Positions 16,898 to 27,166 are shown, counted from the stretch's first letter. The stretch is 32,000 nucleotides of DNA from Candidatus Nitrosopumilus koreensis AR1 (GCF_000299365.1 NC_018655.1:1380001-1412000), one strand, 5' to 3'. Notes: generated from the sequence alone by a model not told the origin. Translations and numbers: made by a program.

Positions 16898-19800
16898 TTA
16901 CTTGGTAGGTTTTTGTCTAAGAATAAAGACAGAAACAATTCCGATCGCAACCCCTATTGCTATTCCTATTGTTATTCCAGTTGCCAAGGACGAATTTGTT
17001 TCTTCAGAGGAAAATACCACATCTTTTTGAATGGATTCTTTTGTAATATTTTCAGACATTTCTCTTGTCTTTGAATCAGAAACAGGTTGTTTTGATTCTG
17101 TAATTATTTCTGTATTTTGTGAGATTGTTTCCGGAGAAATATCTGTAAATTTAGCTACAAGCGTGATTGGTTCAGTTGTGAAGTTTCCTCCAAACAAGGT
17201 AGAATGCGTCAACAGAGTATAAGTGCCAGTTTGATTGATTGGCACATACAACACAGTTGATGTATCATCTTTGTTTTTTACTGGAAAAAATCCACCACCT
17301 TGACTAAATGGAGTGTTTCCTAACCAGTCAAGTGATGGCCATCCAAGAAAATGACCAAACACACCAGAAGGAACATTTGTTTGAATTATTTGTCCCAAGG
17401 GGTCCATAACAAATACGGACAGATTTGTATCACTGTTTTTCCATGAAATTTCAATTGCTGCAGAATTTACAGATTCGTTTTGTATATCAAAGTAATATTG
17501 TCTCCAGTCACCTGCCATGTAACGATTAACCATATCAAATGCACCTTTAGTGTATCCATTTCCATAAAGAATACTGTCACTTTGTTTTCCTTTGAGCATA
17601 ATTGTAGAATCATTTTCTGTTACTGGTTCTGTTATTACAAAAGATACAGGTGCATTTACTTCATGCAAGTTACTCTGGAAAGTTAAAAATCCTTGATACA
17701 CACCAGTTTCTAAATCATCGGGAGTAACCAAAGTAACATCTATTGTTGAAGAATCATTAGGTGGAACAATTATCATTTCAGATTCAGGCCACAGCATAGA
17801 CCATTTATCATCTTGATAATAACTTGCAGATATAGTATAATCCATTGATGTTGAGTTTTGATTTGTGTTTCCTAACCAGTAAGAGTATCGTGTTGGAACT
17901 GGATAAACGCCAACTAGTGGAACACCATCAAATTTTTCATCTGGTTCTGAAATTCTAATTTCCTGAACGGTTCCCCAAGAGCCTCCTCTATTGACTAGAG
18001 ATATTTCATCACTAGTAACTTTTGTATCATTGTTATTATCCAACCAATCATACAGATACAAGGAAGATATTTTGATATCATCTGCAAAAACATCCGAAGT
18101 ATTATTCAGGAATTGATTAAAAGGAAAATTTACATTAAGAACCATCAAAGAAGATTCATCAGGAACAGGATTTTTCTCATCAAAAAAATCCATTAGATCT
18201 TCATGTTGTTTGACATCAGATAGTTTTACATAGTTTGGAGCAAATGTGTCAGTTTTGTTTAGTATAGAGTCCTGCTGTCTTGGTATTGTTGTTCCATTAA
18301 ATTGAGTTTGTTTGATTAAGGAAAGAGTTTTTGATTTCACATCAATTGAAAGTGGTATATCAGTAGGGTTTTTGATTGTAAAAGTTGCAGTTGTTCTGTC
18401 CCCGGCATTTAATTGTCCTGCAAACCAACTAGTCATTGGAAAGGAATGCGAAGGAAGTTTAAACTGTTCAAACCCTACTTTTGTAGAATTAAAATTGTCA
18501 ATTATAGGGTCAAGTATACTTTTGATGTTTTCATAAGAGTCATTGTTTGATACAATAAACACTTCGTTATTTCCGTGTACATAATCCAAGGCAGACTCTG
18601 TGTTTACCAAACCAGAGCCCTGAGTAAATGGATCATTGTTCATATCAGTTGCAGTGGACATGAGGATATTTTTTATTAAGAAGGGATCATAGTCTTGAGA
18701 TTGTTTTTTCATCTCTTCAATCAATATGGCGGCACTCCCAGATACTAGTGGTGCTGCCATGCTAGTTCCTCCAAATAATGAAAAGGATTCATCTTTGGAA
18801 TTTTTTTGAGTTTTTATCACATTTGAGGGAACAAACCCATGTGCACCCATACTCATCACATCAGGTTTCGGATCACCTATAGCTGTGGGTCCTCTGCTAG
18901 AAAAATCAACTACATGATTATAGTGTTCAGTAGAATTTCCAAATCTTGGTTGTTCTTTGAATGGGCCATAACCAACAAATACATTATTTGTAGTTGCCCC
19001 AACTGCAATTCCAAATGGAGATGCATTTGGCAATCCTATTGTTCCATATCCATGTCCAGAATTTCCAGCACTAGAAACCATGACAACTCCAGGATAATCA
19101 TCATCAAGTGAATGAGGAGTTGCAAGCATACTTTGAATTAAGGACAAGATATCCATTCCAGGTGCAGCATTAAATGATGGAAAATTCGAAACACCCCAAC
19201 TATTAGAAATTATATCTACTCGAGGTTTACCAGAAAATGTCCAACCATTATTTTCATTTTCAAATCCTGCAGACCACAACCATGCATAAACAGTATCTCC
19301 AAACCATAATGCCTTTACAGGTAAAATTTTGGCATCAGGTGCAACTCCTGTTATGGAATATTTTTTCGTGTCATTATAGATATCGTATGTTTCTTGTCCA
19401 CGTGAGATAATTGACGCAGCACTGGATGTACCATGCCCCATAAAATCAGTCATAATACCAAAGAATTCACCATCAGGATCTAATGCAGGTAAAAGCGTTC
19501 CATTAATTGCATTTAATGTATCATCAATTTCAGTAGAGTTGTTTCGAATGACACCATAAACATCTAAAACTTGTGCACCAAATGTTCCTGCACTATAATC
19601 ATTTTTTCCATCAGCATTTGAATCATAAACAAGAAACTCTTTGCCACTTCCTAGAACGATTGGTTTTTCATCGGTAAAATCAAAGTCATAGTTTGGTCTT
19701 TGACCAGAAGGCAGATCAAATCTAGTATAATCCTCCCACGATGTAGTCATGTCTGGAATTATAGTATCATAAACTCCAGGAATAAAAGAATCAATTACAA

Positions 19801-20704
19801 GAACAGGTACAACTTGAATTTTTGCAAGAGGTCCGCTTAATCCCCCTTGATATATCACACCCAAGTGATACACACCACTTTTTGATTTTATGTAGTTTCG
19901 ATTGTCTTGTCCAATTTTCATATCATTTGATAGTGTCCCGTTAAAAACTGGAGAAGAGCCAATTTGAGGAAAGAATGAATTGTAAATTGGAATATCACTT
20001 CCCTTTCCCCCCTTAGAGATATCAAGAAACACCCCTTCCTTTGTTACATACGCAGAGGAGGTCATATGTGGTGGGATTGGCTTACTATAATTTCGGATTA
20101 TTTCGTTTTCATCAATGTATGCAAAAAAAGTTGCATTTGTTAGAACAATCCCTTGTCCATCAGGATCAAGCATAATTGGATGATTAATTTCATCTCGTGC
20201 AAGAGAGTGTTGAATGTCAGGATTTGAGAAATCTACCCCCGTATCCACAATTGCAACTACTATACCATTTCCTGATGCGCCATAATTTTGTTTAGCATTG
20301 TTTGAACCAGTAATTACACCAATTCTTGAAGCATCTGGAATTAAATCATTTGATGAATGAAAGTCAAGTTTAGAATCCTCAATCACATGAAGGCCTTGTA
20401 CAGATAACATTGAAGCTGATTTTTCAGATAATAATGAAACATAAAAAAATCCATTATCAGACTGAGCCCCATAAATGGAGTTATTCTTAAGATAATCAAA
20501 ATTTTGAGAGTTTGTTCCAAAAATCAAATAACGTTTGAAATTATTTTCAATAAAAAAACTATTATCTATATCTATTATTTGAGAATCAAATTCAATTTTA
20601 TTTGGTTCATCTTGCAAATATACATCATCGCCAGTAAATGCATATGAGTTTGTTAGAACACATGATAAGAGAATGATTGAAAAGAAAATAGCCACTTTGG
20701 GCAT
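16898..20704 (-). CDS. Giant secreted subtilisin-like serine protease (S8) with C-terminal membrane anchor
   Basis: Catalytic blocks GIVVAIVDTGVDF, MGHGTSSAASIISRG, VMVSSAGNSGHG, LFGGTSMAAPLVSGSA; C-terminal ITIGIAIGVAIGIVSVFILRQKPTK. The ORF track starts at 20794, but MPKVAIFFSIILLSCVLTNSYA (ATG 20702-20704) gives a proper signal peptide and avoids overlap with the upstream gene. Confidence 0.92.
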   Translation of the reverse strand: MPKVAIFFSIILLSCVLTNSYAFTGDDVYLQDEPNKIEFDSQIIDIDNSFFIENNFKRYLIFGTNSQNFDYLKNNSIYGAQSDNGFFYVSLLSEKSASMLSVQGLHVIEDSKLDFHSSNDLIPDASRIGVITGSNNAKQNYGASGNGIVVAIVDTGVDFSNPDIQHSLARDEINHPIMLDPDGQGIVLTNATFFAYIDENEIIRNYSKPIPPHMTSSAYVTKEGVFLDISKGGKGSDIPIYNSFFPQIGSSPVFNGTLSNDMKIGQDNRNYIKSKSGVYHLGVIYQGGLSGPLAKIQVVPVLVIDSFIPGVYDTIIPDMTTSWEDYTRFDLPSGQRPNYDFDFTDEKPIVLGSGKEFLVYDSNADGKNDYSAGTFGAQVLDVYGVIRNNSTEIDDTLNAINGTLLPALDPDGEFFGIMTDFMGHGTSSAASIISRGQETYDIYNDTKKYSITGVAPDAKILPVKALWFGDTVYAWLWSAGFENENNGWTFSGKPRVDIISNSWGVSNFPSFNAAPGMDILSLIQSMLATPHSLDDDYPGVVMVSSAGNSGHGYGTIGLPNASPFGIAVGATTNNVFVGYGPFKEQPRFGNSTEHYNHVVDFSSRGPTAIGDPKPDVMSMGAHGFVPSNVIKTQKNSKDESFSLFGGTSMAAPLVSGSAAILIEEMKKQSQDYDPFLIKNILMSTATDMNNDPFTQGSGLVNTESALDYVHGNNEVFIVSNNDSYENIKSILDPIIDNFNSTKVGFEQFKLPSHSFPMTSWFAGQLNAGDRTTATFTIKNPTDIPLSIDVKSKTLSLIKQTQFNGTTIPRQQDSILNKTDTFAPNYVKLSDVKQHEDLMDFFDEKNPVPDESSLMVLNVNFPFNQFLNNTSDVFADDIKISSLYLYDWLDNNNDTKVTSDEISLVNRGGSWGTVQEIRISEPDEKFDGVPLVGVYPVPTRYSYWLGNTNQNSTSMDYTISASYYQDDKWSMLWPESEMIIVPPNDSSTIDVTLVTPDDLETGVYQGFLTFQSNLHEVNAPVSFVITEPVTENDSTIMLKGKQSDSILYGNGYTKGAFDMVNRYMAGDWRQYYFDIQNESVNSAAIEISWKNSDTNLSVFVMDPLGQIIQTNVPSGVFGHFLGWPSLDWLGNTPFSQGGGFFPVKNKDDTSTVLYVPINQTGTYTLLTHSTLFGGNFTTEPITLVAKFTDISPETISQNTEIITESKQPVSDSKTREMSENITKESIQKDVVFSSEETNSSLATGITIGIAIGVAIGIVSVFILRQKPTK

Positions 20705-20735
20705 CAAAGAATTTTTGTTTCTTACATTATTATAA

Positions 20736-21704
20736 CTATCTTCTTCGTGCCAAAATTGCAATCTGTAATGCCACAATAATTCCAATAGATGCAATTATCG
20801 GAAAAAGCAGGGAATTTAGTTGGGATGACGCTTCACTGATAAACCCCACAGAAGTAGAAATGGTTCCTGTACTTTCATCGATTTTATTACTTGCAGTTTC
20901 CAATGTAGTACCAAACCCTTCAATTTCAGATTGTAAAACATCTAGTTCTTTGGAAGTCTCATCTAAAATTGTGTTTAGTCTAATTATTTGCTCAGATATT
21001 CCACCTAGATCTTGACTCAAAACAGTTGTTGCAGCAGAACCATGAGATGTTGTGCCCTGGCTAAATGCTACAACATGAAACACATGTGTTCCCTCTTCAA
21101 TTGGAGTGTAATCGACATAGTACAGTCCTTGATGCAAAGTCTTAAAGGAATTAGTTAAAGTAACTGACATTCCTGAAGGCAAATGAACATGTGTAGTCCC
21201 AAGTAATTCAGCGGGTTGATTTCCTATCAACAGTCCGTCACTTGTTATTTGTACAAATACTCTGATTGGTTGATTTATTGCTGCAATCTCTGGTGCAAAT
21301 ACCAATGTGTTTACAATTCTCTGTACAGGAACATTAAGGAGATCAGCAGTTGAGGAAAACTGTACATCAATTTTTTTTGATATACCATCTTGTTCGGTAC
21401 TAATTACCTCAACAGTGTATGTCCCATATGGAAAATTAGTTGATGGTTGGGGCCATGTCAATAAAGAATAATTAAAAGAGCCATCAGGATTTGTAGTTAG
21501 TTGATCAAACTTTGCGATTGTTTCATCAGGTGCAAATAACCTTAGAATCAAATTCTCTTCGGGCAAACCAGTCCCATAAACTTGAAGATTATGTGATGGT
21601 GCATAGACTTTGCTGTTTGTAGATAAATCAAGTGCTGCATAAGAGTTTGGAATTTGCATCATTAACAATATAGAAAAAAATAGAAACAAAATCTGAAATT
21701 TCAT
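20736..21704 (-). CDS. Secreted protein with Ig-like domains, coiled coil and C-terminal TM anchor; candidate S-layer anchor or stalk
   Basis: Signal peptide MKFQILFLFFSILLMMQIPNSYA; heptad-like helix ISEQIIRLNTILDETSKELDVLQSEIEGFGTTLETASNKIDE; terminal LLFPIIASIGIIVALQIAILARRR. Confidence 0.8.
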   Translation of the reverse strand: MKFQILFLFFSILLMMQIPNSYAALDLSTNSKVYAPSHNLQVYGTGLPEENLILRLFAPDETIAKFDQLTTNPDGSFNYSLLTWPQPSTNFPYGTYTVEVISTEQDGISKKIDVQFSSTADLLNVPVQRIVNTLVFAPEIAAINQPIRVFVQITSDGLLIGNQPAELLGTTHVHLPSGMSVTLTNSFKTLHQGLYYVDYTPIEEGTHVFHVVAFSQGTTSHGSAATTVLSQDLGGISEQIIRLNTILDETSKELDVLQSEIEGFGTTLETASNKIDESTGTISTSVGFISEASSQLNSLLFPIIASIGIIVALQIAILARRR

Positions 21705-21778
21705 TTTAATTTATTGCCAACCTTCTCCTAGATATTACTTCTGGAAAAATTGTCTATAACTTTCGTTAAGTAGGATTC

Positions 21779-21791
21779 AAAAAAGAAAAAA
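21779..21791 (-). terminator. T-rich terminator downstream of the S-layer-like gene
   Basis: Minus strand TTTTTTCTTTTTT about 20-30 nt past the stop of the 21810..26951 CDS. Confidence 0.5.
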
Positions 21792-21809
21792 GGGTAATGT
21801 GAACTAGTT

Positions 21810-24800
21810 TTATCTTACGTTGATAGTTGTACTAACTGGTGGTGATAATGCCGTTGGATTATCAACAGACTCCCAAACGAATGCAGTTGCCGTGTAGGTT
21901 CCTGCTTGAGTTGGAATCCATGATAAAGCTGGGCTGAATGATTGACCAGCAGATAGTGAACCTGTAATCCATGCTAGTGAGACTGTAACACCGTTAGCAT
22001 CCTGAATCTGTACCAAGTATGCAAATGGTTGCTCTCTATCCTGACCGTTTGCTAAGTCAGCGCTGATTTGTACCTGTTGGTCAACGGAAACAGAATCTAA
22101 GCTGTTACCGAATGCATCAACGGTTCTCAAGTTAGCAGCTGGTGCTCTCTCGAGAGGTGGTACTACAGTGCCAATTAGTGAAGTGGCAGTAATATCAAGT
22201 TCATCTGCAGTTGTGTATGGATCAGGTAGTGTATTGTCCTCATATTCTGCAGTGACAGTGTCACCTTCTGAAACTCTGAGTCTGTGACCAGATGATTCAT
22301 CAAGGGTTGTGAAGAACACAGTTCCCTCAAAGATTCCGGTTGCCTCATTAGTCTCAGTTACAGTAAGGTCAATACCTCCGGCATCGGAGTCAGACCACAC
22401 ATCGACATCGAAGTTGTCGACTGCTTCTGGATCTAAGTTCATGTCTGGATCAATAATTCTTACAACACCTGTTCCGCTAGCTGGATAACTTGCTTCAAGC
22501 CATTGGACCTCACCGATGTTCCATCTGATAAGGGCAGAGCCTACAATTGTTTCATCCTCTGAGAATTCAAAGGAGACAGTAAGTCCGTCATCATCATCAG
22601 TAGCTAAGAAGCCACCTGTTGGACCGCTACCAGTTGTGGTACCGGTTACATCGCCTGTGTTACCATCACCGTCAGCATCATGGGCGGAGAAACCTGTGAG
22701 GATTACTTCACCTGTGAAGATGCCTGTGTCAGTACCAGTTTCGACGAGTTTGTAGTTGTTGAGCTTGTGTCCTCTGGTAGAGACCTTTATTGGATCTTTA
22801 TCAGTATTTCCAATCTCATCAACTAGATCACTGTCAAAGTTGTGATCTGGTGCGACAATGGTAATGTAAACTTTGTCAGTCCATGTGTATACTTTTTGGT
22901 CAAGTTCGACAGTTGCACCGAAGTTTGAAGTGTAGATTGTCAAGTTGACATCTTCATCTTCATCTCCTACATAATCAGATCCGGATGGACCCCAGTCAGT
23001 ATACTCGAGGACAATTTCTTCTCCTCTTTCTAAGTTATCACCATCTAAAGCATCAGGAATTTCGATGACAATCTGGAAGATACCAGTAGAGTCACCTGTT
23101 TCTCTGAAGTCAGTTGGTTCTGGGTCAAATGCGGCTGCTGCGCCACTAACACCCTTGTTACCCATGGTTGTTGTTGCGGCATCAGAGTCCCATTCAATCA
23201 AGTCCAAGTCATAGGTCTCAGCAGCATCATTGTCAAGATCAAGGTCTGGCTCAATGAGTGTTAAGATCATGTCGGAACCGATAATGTATACGGATTTGTC
23301 GGATTGCAATACACCATTTCTAAGATCAAAGGTAGCAGAGTCAGTAACAGTATTTTCGGAACCTGATGCATCAGCTGGATCAGTGTATTCTACTTGGAGG
23401 ATATCTCCTTGCAAGATACAGTATTCTGTTCCAGAAGGTGCTGCGGCATCGAATCTGTTAGTGTCAGCTGTACCAGAGGTACCGTCAAGTGCAGCATATA
23501 GTGTACTATGATTTGCACATGTGGTGGATGCTGGTCCGTCGGTGAATTTAATGTCTACATCCAACTCGTAAATACCTGCATCTGGGGCGATTTCATCAAT
23601 CTCACCGAAGCTTCTAATCTTGCTAGTGGAGTTGTTATCACCAACATCAATTAGTCCAGTGTTTCTTTCTGAAGCGCCTGCATAACCGAGAACGACTTTA
23701 CTTGAACCTCTGATTACAGAGATTTTAAGTGCGTCATCTTGGTTCATTACATCTTCACCAGATGGGTTTACGTCAAAGTCTGGGTCGTTAATTCTTACGT
23801 GAATTGTTAGATCTCCTGATGGCAACTCCTCATCAGAATCAATAGTACCAGAAATGCCTGTGGCATGTATTGGGAATACTGATCTTCCGTTTGGAGATGC
23901 GTTTGCAGTAGCTGAAGATTCGCCTACGGTACCAAATGGTACGGGGTAGACGGTTCTATCAAGACTGACTGAACCAGTGTTTGCTCTAACGCCTGCAGAA
24001 TCACCGACTTCAACGATTTCACCAGAGGCATCTCTAAAGTCAACATAGTTGACTTCAATGTCGAGACCAGTGGTTGATTCGTATTGTCCTGGAGAACCAG
24101 TAGTGGTGGTATCTGCATTTCTACACCAAAATGATGGTATTTGGAAGTCACCTACAAAGACACCAGTTTCTTTACCTGTTTCAATTAGAGTAAATCCAGT
24201 TGCACCAAGTCCAGTATCTGATAGTACATCTTCTAATGATGAAGTTGCAGTTGCAGCTTTACCATCAGATGTACATGTGTTTTCATCAGGTGTTTCCCAT
24301 TGAACATCATCAAATGTGACATCTAGTAATCTACCAAGTTCACCAAAGCTCAATGTTTGAGTTGTTTTGGAACCAACCATATCTTCGGTCTTTCCAGAAC
24401 CTTGTTCGACTACGGTAAAGATGTCAATGAGGTCAGAGTCTACGTTAAGATCTAAGTCTTCTAAAGTAATTACTACAGTATCAGCTATCTTGTATGAATC
24501 TTGATTAAATGATACAACACCAGAGTGGCTTGGAGCCTCTTCTTGATCAGATACAGGAGTTACTACACCATCTGCACCCAAGTCATTATAGTTGACTCTT
24601 GGTGCGTCTTCGTCAGTAAGATCCTCAATTACGATAAATGATGGATCATCTGCGATTGGTGTGATACCAGCAAAGGTATCTGCATCCTGTATGTTAATTT
24701 GGTTAACCATGATATACTCAAGTGAACCTTCGAAGGTACTTGTGTTATCACCTGTTTCTTCGGCCTCAATTCTGATTATTTGGTTTGCAAACCTTTCGCC

Positions 24801-26951
24801 AGCCTGCACACCATCATCAGTGAAACCAAATGAGAAGAAGTCAGCAACGATTACTTCTTTGTCATCAATACTGGCAATACCATTTGTGGTATGTCCAGCA
24901 CTAGCTACGTTAAACTCGAATACGAGACCCAAGTTTTGACTAGATGGATTAGTTGATGTGAACAATTCACTATCAAGTCCATTTAATGATACATAGTCTT
25001 GCATCTTAGTAGAGTTATCTACTAGCAAGAATGCATTGTTTGAAGTACCATTGAATTTATCGTTATCAGCAAGAATTGCAGTTGTTTGGTTAATTAAGAA
25101 GATAGTAACATCTGAGCCTCCAAATGATTCAACGTTATAGTTGAAGAAGTTAAAGGCTACACCTGTTGAACCTGCTTTCTTAATTGTTTTTTGCAATTCT
25201 TCCATTGTTGTTTCCAAGTCTATTATTACCGTATCAAATCCTGCAGTTGTGTTTGCAGTCTGTGAGATTATTGCTCTTTGACTGAAAGTGTCTACTGCAG
25301 CAGTAGAAGTTATGTTATTGTGGTTTGCAGATACGGATACTAGATTATACGTTACTTGATCACCAGCAGCAGGTGAAGATGAACCAATAGTACGTTCTGT
25401 TACATTGAATATTGCAACATCTGGTGCTGTGGTAACTTCACCAATGGTGAATGGATCACCGGTTTTGAGTGCTGGAATTAAGGTTACGCTTGGGTTGTCC
25501 AAATCTAAGTCTTCATCGGCTCTGCTGTTCTTGTTTTGATCAGCATCAACAATGACTACTGGAATCTCTTCACCAGAGGTCCATTCGTCATCGACTGGCT
25601 GAATATCAATACTTGCAAAGTCGAATCCTACAAGAATAGTTTGAGGTGTTTCATTGTAATCGATTGATGCGGAGGTTCCCCTCTTTGCATTATCTGTAAT
25701 CTTTAGTACTGATTTGTCAGATTCATCATAAGTACCAAAGACACCACTGTTTGGACCTTGTTCGGTGAGGGTAACTGGGATGGAACCTATACCTAACTTA
25801 GCTGTCTCATTTGTAATACCAAATGCAGATGCATTGTTGGTACTAGCAGTTGAGTTAAGTTGGTCTAAGACAGTATCGTCATTATCCTGGATTGTCAAAA
25901 CTTTTGTGCCAGAGTTTTGTGCATCGGTGTTTAATTTCAATACACAATTGTCTTCACACATCAAGTCTGACAATGTAGTTCTCAGAGATAATGCGCTTCC
26001 ACCTGAAGCACCGTTTTCATCGAATACTTGGTAAAATGTATCAACATTGAAGGATGATGTTGTATTCTTCACGTTGGTAGCAAATGTCCAAGAGTCTTCA
26101 TCAGTTGGGTCAATGTTTAACCATAAGTCAGTAACTGTTGCGTGAACTTGTGCCAATCTTGGATATACAGCTCTGTCCAAACTCAATTCGGCAAATTGAT
26201 CAACAGTATCAAAAGTAAGTGTTGTTGATTGAACACCACCACCTTTGTTGTACTGTACGACAACGTTACCTGTTGGGTTTAGAGTATAGAGTTGAACGAA
26301 AGGCCAGGCATCATCAGCAGTAAGACCGATTTGGCCTCTGTTGACGTTTGTATTGCCTGCGTTAGGATCTTTTGCTTCTCTTACAACGTTATTGGTACCA
26401 TTAGCTGTTGATCCAGTAAGGCCAGCAAGATTACATGTTGAGGTGATTGTACCACCAGAACTGCTTCCTGTTTGTGTACCGTTACCTGATCCTACTGTAA
26501 TTGGAACTGCAATACCGTTTGTTTCAGAAGTTGAGAATCCTAAAATCGATGTACCAGATGCTGCGGAACAGAATGCACCAAAGTCCAATCCAGAACCTGC
26601 TGTTGTAGCAGTAGAGTCTGCGATTTGGGCTTGGTCTCTGTCTGCAAAGTAACCATACCAGTTACCATCAACTGCTTGAAGCATTCTCAGTTTCTTGCCG
26701 TTAACAGTTACGTCTGGTTCACCTTTTGCCTCATCGGTATCATTGATGTCACTGTCAATTACGACGACCTCAATTACTTGAGGTCCTGACATGTAGTTAT
26801 CAAACTGTGAGTTTTCTGCGGAAACAAAGAGATTGGCGTTGGCTGCATGTGCAGCAGGCATTACACCTGGAACTGCAAATGTCAGTCCACCGGCAATCAT
26901 AATTGTCATTAATGTAAGACTAGTTATTTTACGTCCTATTTCGTTATTCAT
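21810..26951 (-). CDS. Major S-layer-like surface protein (1713 aa)
   Basis: Signal peptide MNNEIGRKITSLTLMTIMIAGGLTFAVPGVMPAAHA; very long Asp/Thr-rich beta-type sequence with repeated D-x-D-x-N/L-D and ETGxxTGIFxG motifs; from memory resembles the Nitrosopumilus S-layer protein family. Confidence 0.88.
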   Translation of the reverse strand: MNNEIGRKITSLTLMTIMIAGGLTFAVPGVMPAAHAANANLFVSAENSQFDNYMSGPQVIEVVVIDSDINDTDEAKGEPDVTVNGKKLRMLQAVDGNWYGYFADRDQAQIADSTATTAGSGLDFGAFCSAASGTSILGFSTSETNGIAVPITVGSGNGTQTGSSSGGTITSTCNLAGLTGSTANGTNNVVREAKDPNAGNTNVNRGQIGLTADDAWPFVQLYTLNPTGNVVVQYNKGGGVQSTTLTFDTVDQFAELSLDRAVYPRLAQVHATVTDLWLNIDPTDEDSWTFATNVKNTTSSFNVDTFYQVFDENGASGGSALSLRTTLSDLMCEDNCVLKLNTDAQNSGTKVLTIQDNDDTVLDQLNSTASTNNASAFGITNETAKLGIGSIPVTLTEQGPNSGVFGTYDESDKSVLKITDNAKRGTSASIDYNETPQTILVGFDFASIDIQPVDDEWTSGEEIPVVIVDADQNKNSRADEDLDLDNPSVTLIPALKTGDPFTIGEVTTAPDVAIFNVTERTIGSSSPAAGDQVTYNLVSVSANHNNITSTAAVDTFSQRAIISQTANTTAGFDTVIIDLETTMEELQKTIKKAGSTGVAFNFFNYNVESFGGSDVTIFLINQTTAILADNDKFNGTSNNAFLLVDNSTKMQDYVSLNGLDSELFTSTNPSSQNLGLVFEFNVASAGHTTNGIASIDDKEVIVADFFSFGFTDDGVQAGERFANQIIRIEAEETGDNTSTFEGSLEYIMVNQINIQDADTFAGITPIADDPSFIVIEDLTDEDAPRVNYNDLGADGVVTPVSDQEEAPSHSGVVSFNQDSYKIADTVVITLEDLDLNVDSDLIDIFTVVEQGSGKTEDMVGSKTTQTLSFGELGRLLDVTFDDVQWETPDENTCTSDGKAATATSSLEDVLSDTGLGATGFTLIETGKETGVFVGDFQIPSFWCRNADTTTTGSPGQYESTTGLDIEVNYVDFRDASGEIVEVGDSAGVRANTGSVSLDRTVYPVPFGTVGESSATANASPNGRSVFPIHATGISGTIDSDEELPSGDLTIHVRINDPDFDVNPSGEDVMNQDDALKISVIRGSSKVVLGYAGASERNTGLIDVGDNNSTSKIRSFGEIDEIAPDAGIYELDVDIKFTDGPASTTCANHSTLYAALDGTSGTADTNRFDAAAPSGTEYCILQGDILQVEYTDPADASGSENTVTDSATFDLRNGVLQSDKSVYIIGSDMILTLIEPDLDLDNDAAETYDLDLIEWDSDAATTTMGNKGVSGAAAAFDPEPTDFRETGDSTGIFQIVIEIPDALDGDNLERGEEIVLEYTDWGPSGSDYVGDEDEDVNLTIYTSNFGATVELDQKVYTWTDKVYITIVAPDHNFDSDLVDEIGNTDKDPIKVSTRGHKLNNYKLVETGTDTGIFTGEVILTGFSAHDADGDGNTGDVTGTTTGSGPTGGFLATDDDDGLTVSFEFSEDETIVGSALIRWNIGEVQWLEASYPASGTGVVRIIDPDMNLDPEAVDNFDVDVWSDSDAGGIDLTVTETNEATGIFEGTVFFTTLDESSGHRLRVSEGDTVTAEYEDNTLPDPYTTADELDITATSLIGTVVPPLERAPAANLRTVDAFGNSLDSVSVDQQVQISADLANGQDREQPFAYLVQIQDANGVTVSLAWITGSLSAGQSFSPALSWIPTQAGTYTATAFVWESVDNPTALSPPVSTTINVR

Positions 26952-26975
26952 GTTATTGACATTTTTCTTTAAAAT

Positions 26976-26985
26976 TAGTATTTAA
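26976..26985 (-). promoter_or_regulatory. TATA-like element of the S-layer-like gene
   Basis: Minus strand GGTTAAATACTA centred about 30 nt upstream of the ATG at 26951. Confidence 0.5.
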
Positions 26986-27166
26986 CCGTAATGGACGAAT
27001 TGTCCACAATTGCACAAAATATTGAAATTTTTTTAGCAATTATTATATTTTGATATAATTCCTATAAAATTAGCCTATAAGAATTATATATTATACTCTA
27101 AATATTAAAATGATCGTCATATTTTTTATATTTTCAATAGATTTTATGGAATTTTTACAGCATATT

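Noticed and set aside
20705-20794. N-terminal 30-codon extension of the subtilase ORF
   Set aside because: It overlaps the upstream gene, and the signal peptide begins precisely at the internal ATG (20704).
22516-26652. Plus-strand ORFs of up to 115 aa antisense to the S-layer-like gene
   Set aside because: Val/Ser/Pro-rich shadow translations of an abundant, codon-biased gene on the other strand.
27007-27110. Very AT-rich stretch considered as a possible origin or mobile-element end
   Set aside because: No inverted terminal repeats, no target duplication, no Orc1/Cdc6 gene or clear origin recognition boxes nearby; ordinary promoter-side AT-richness suffices.
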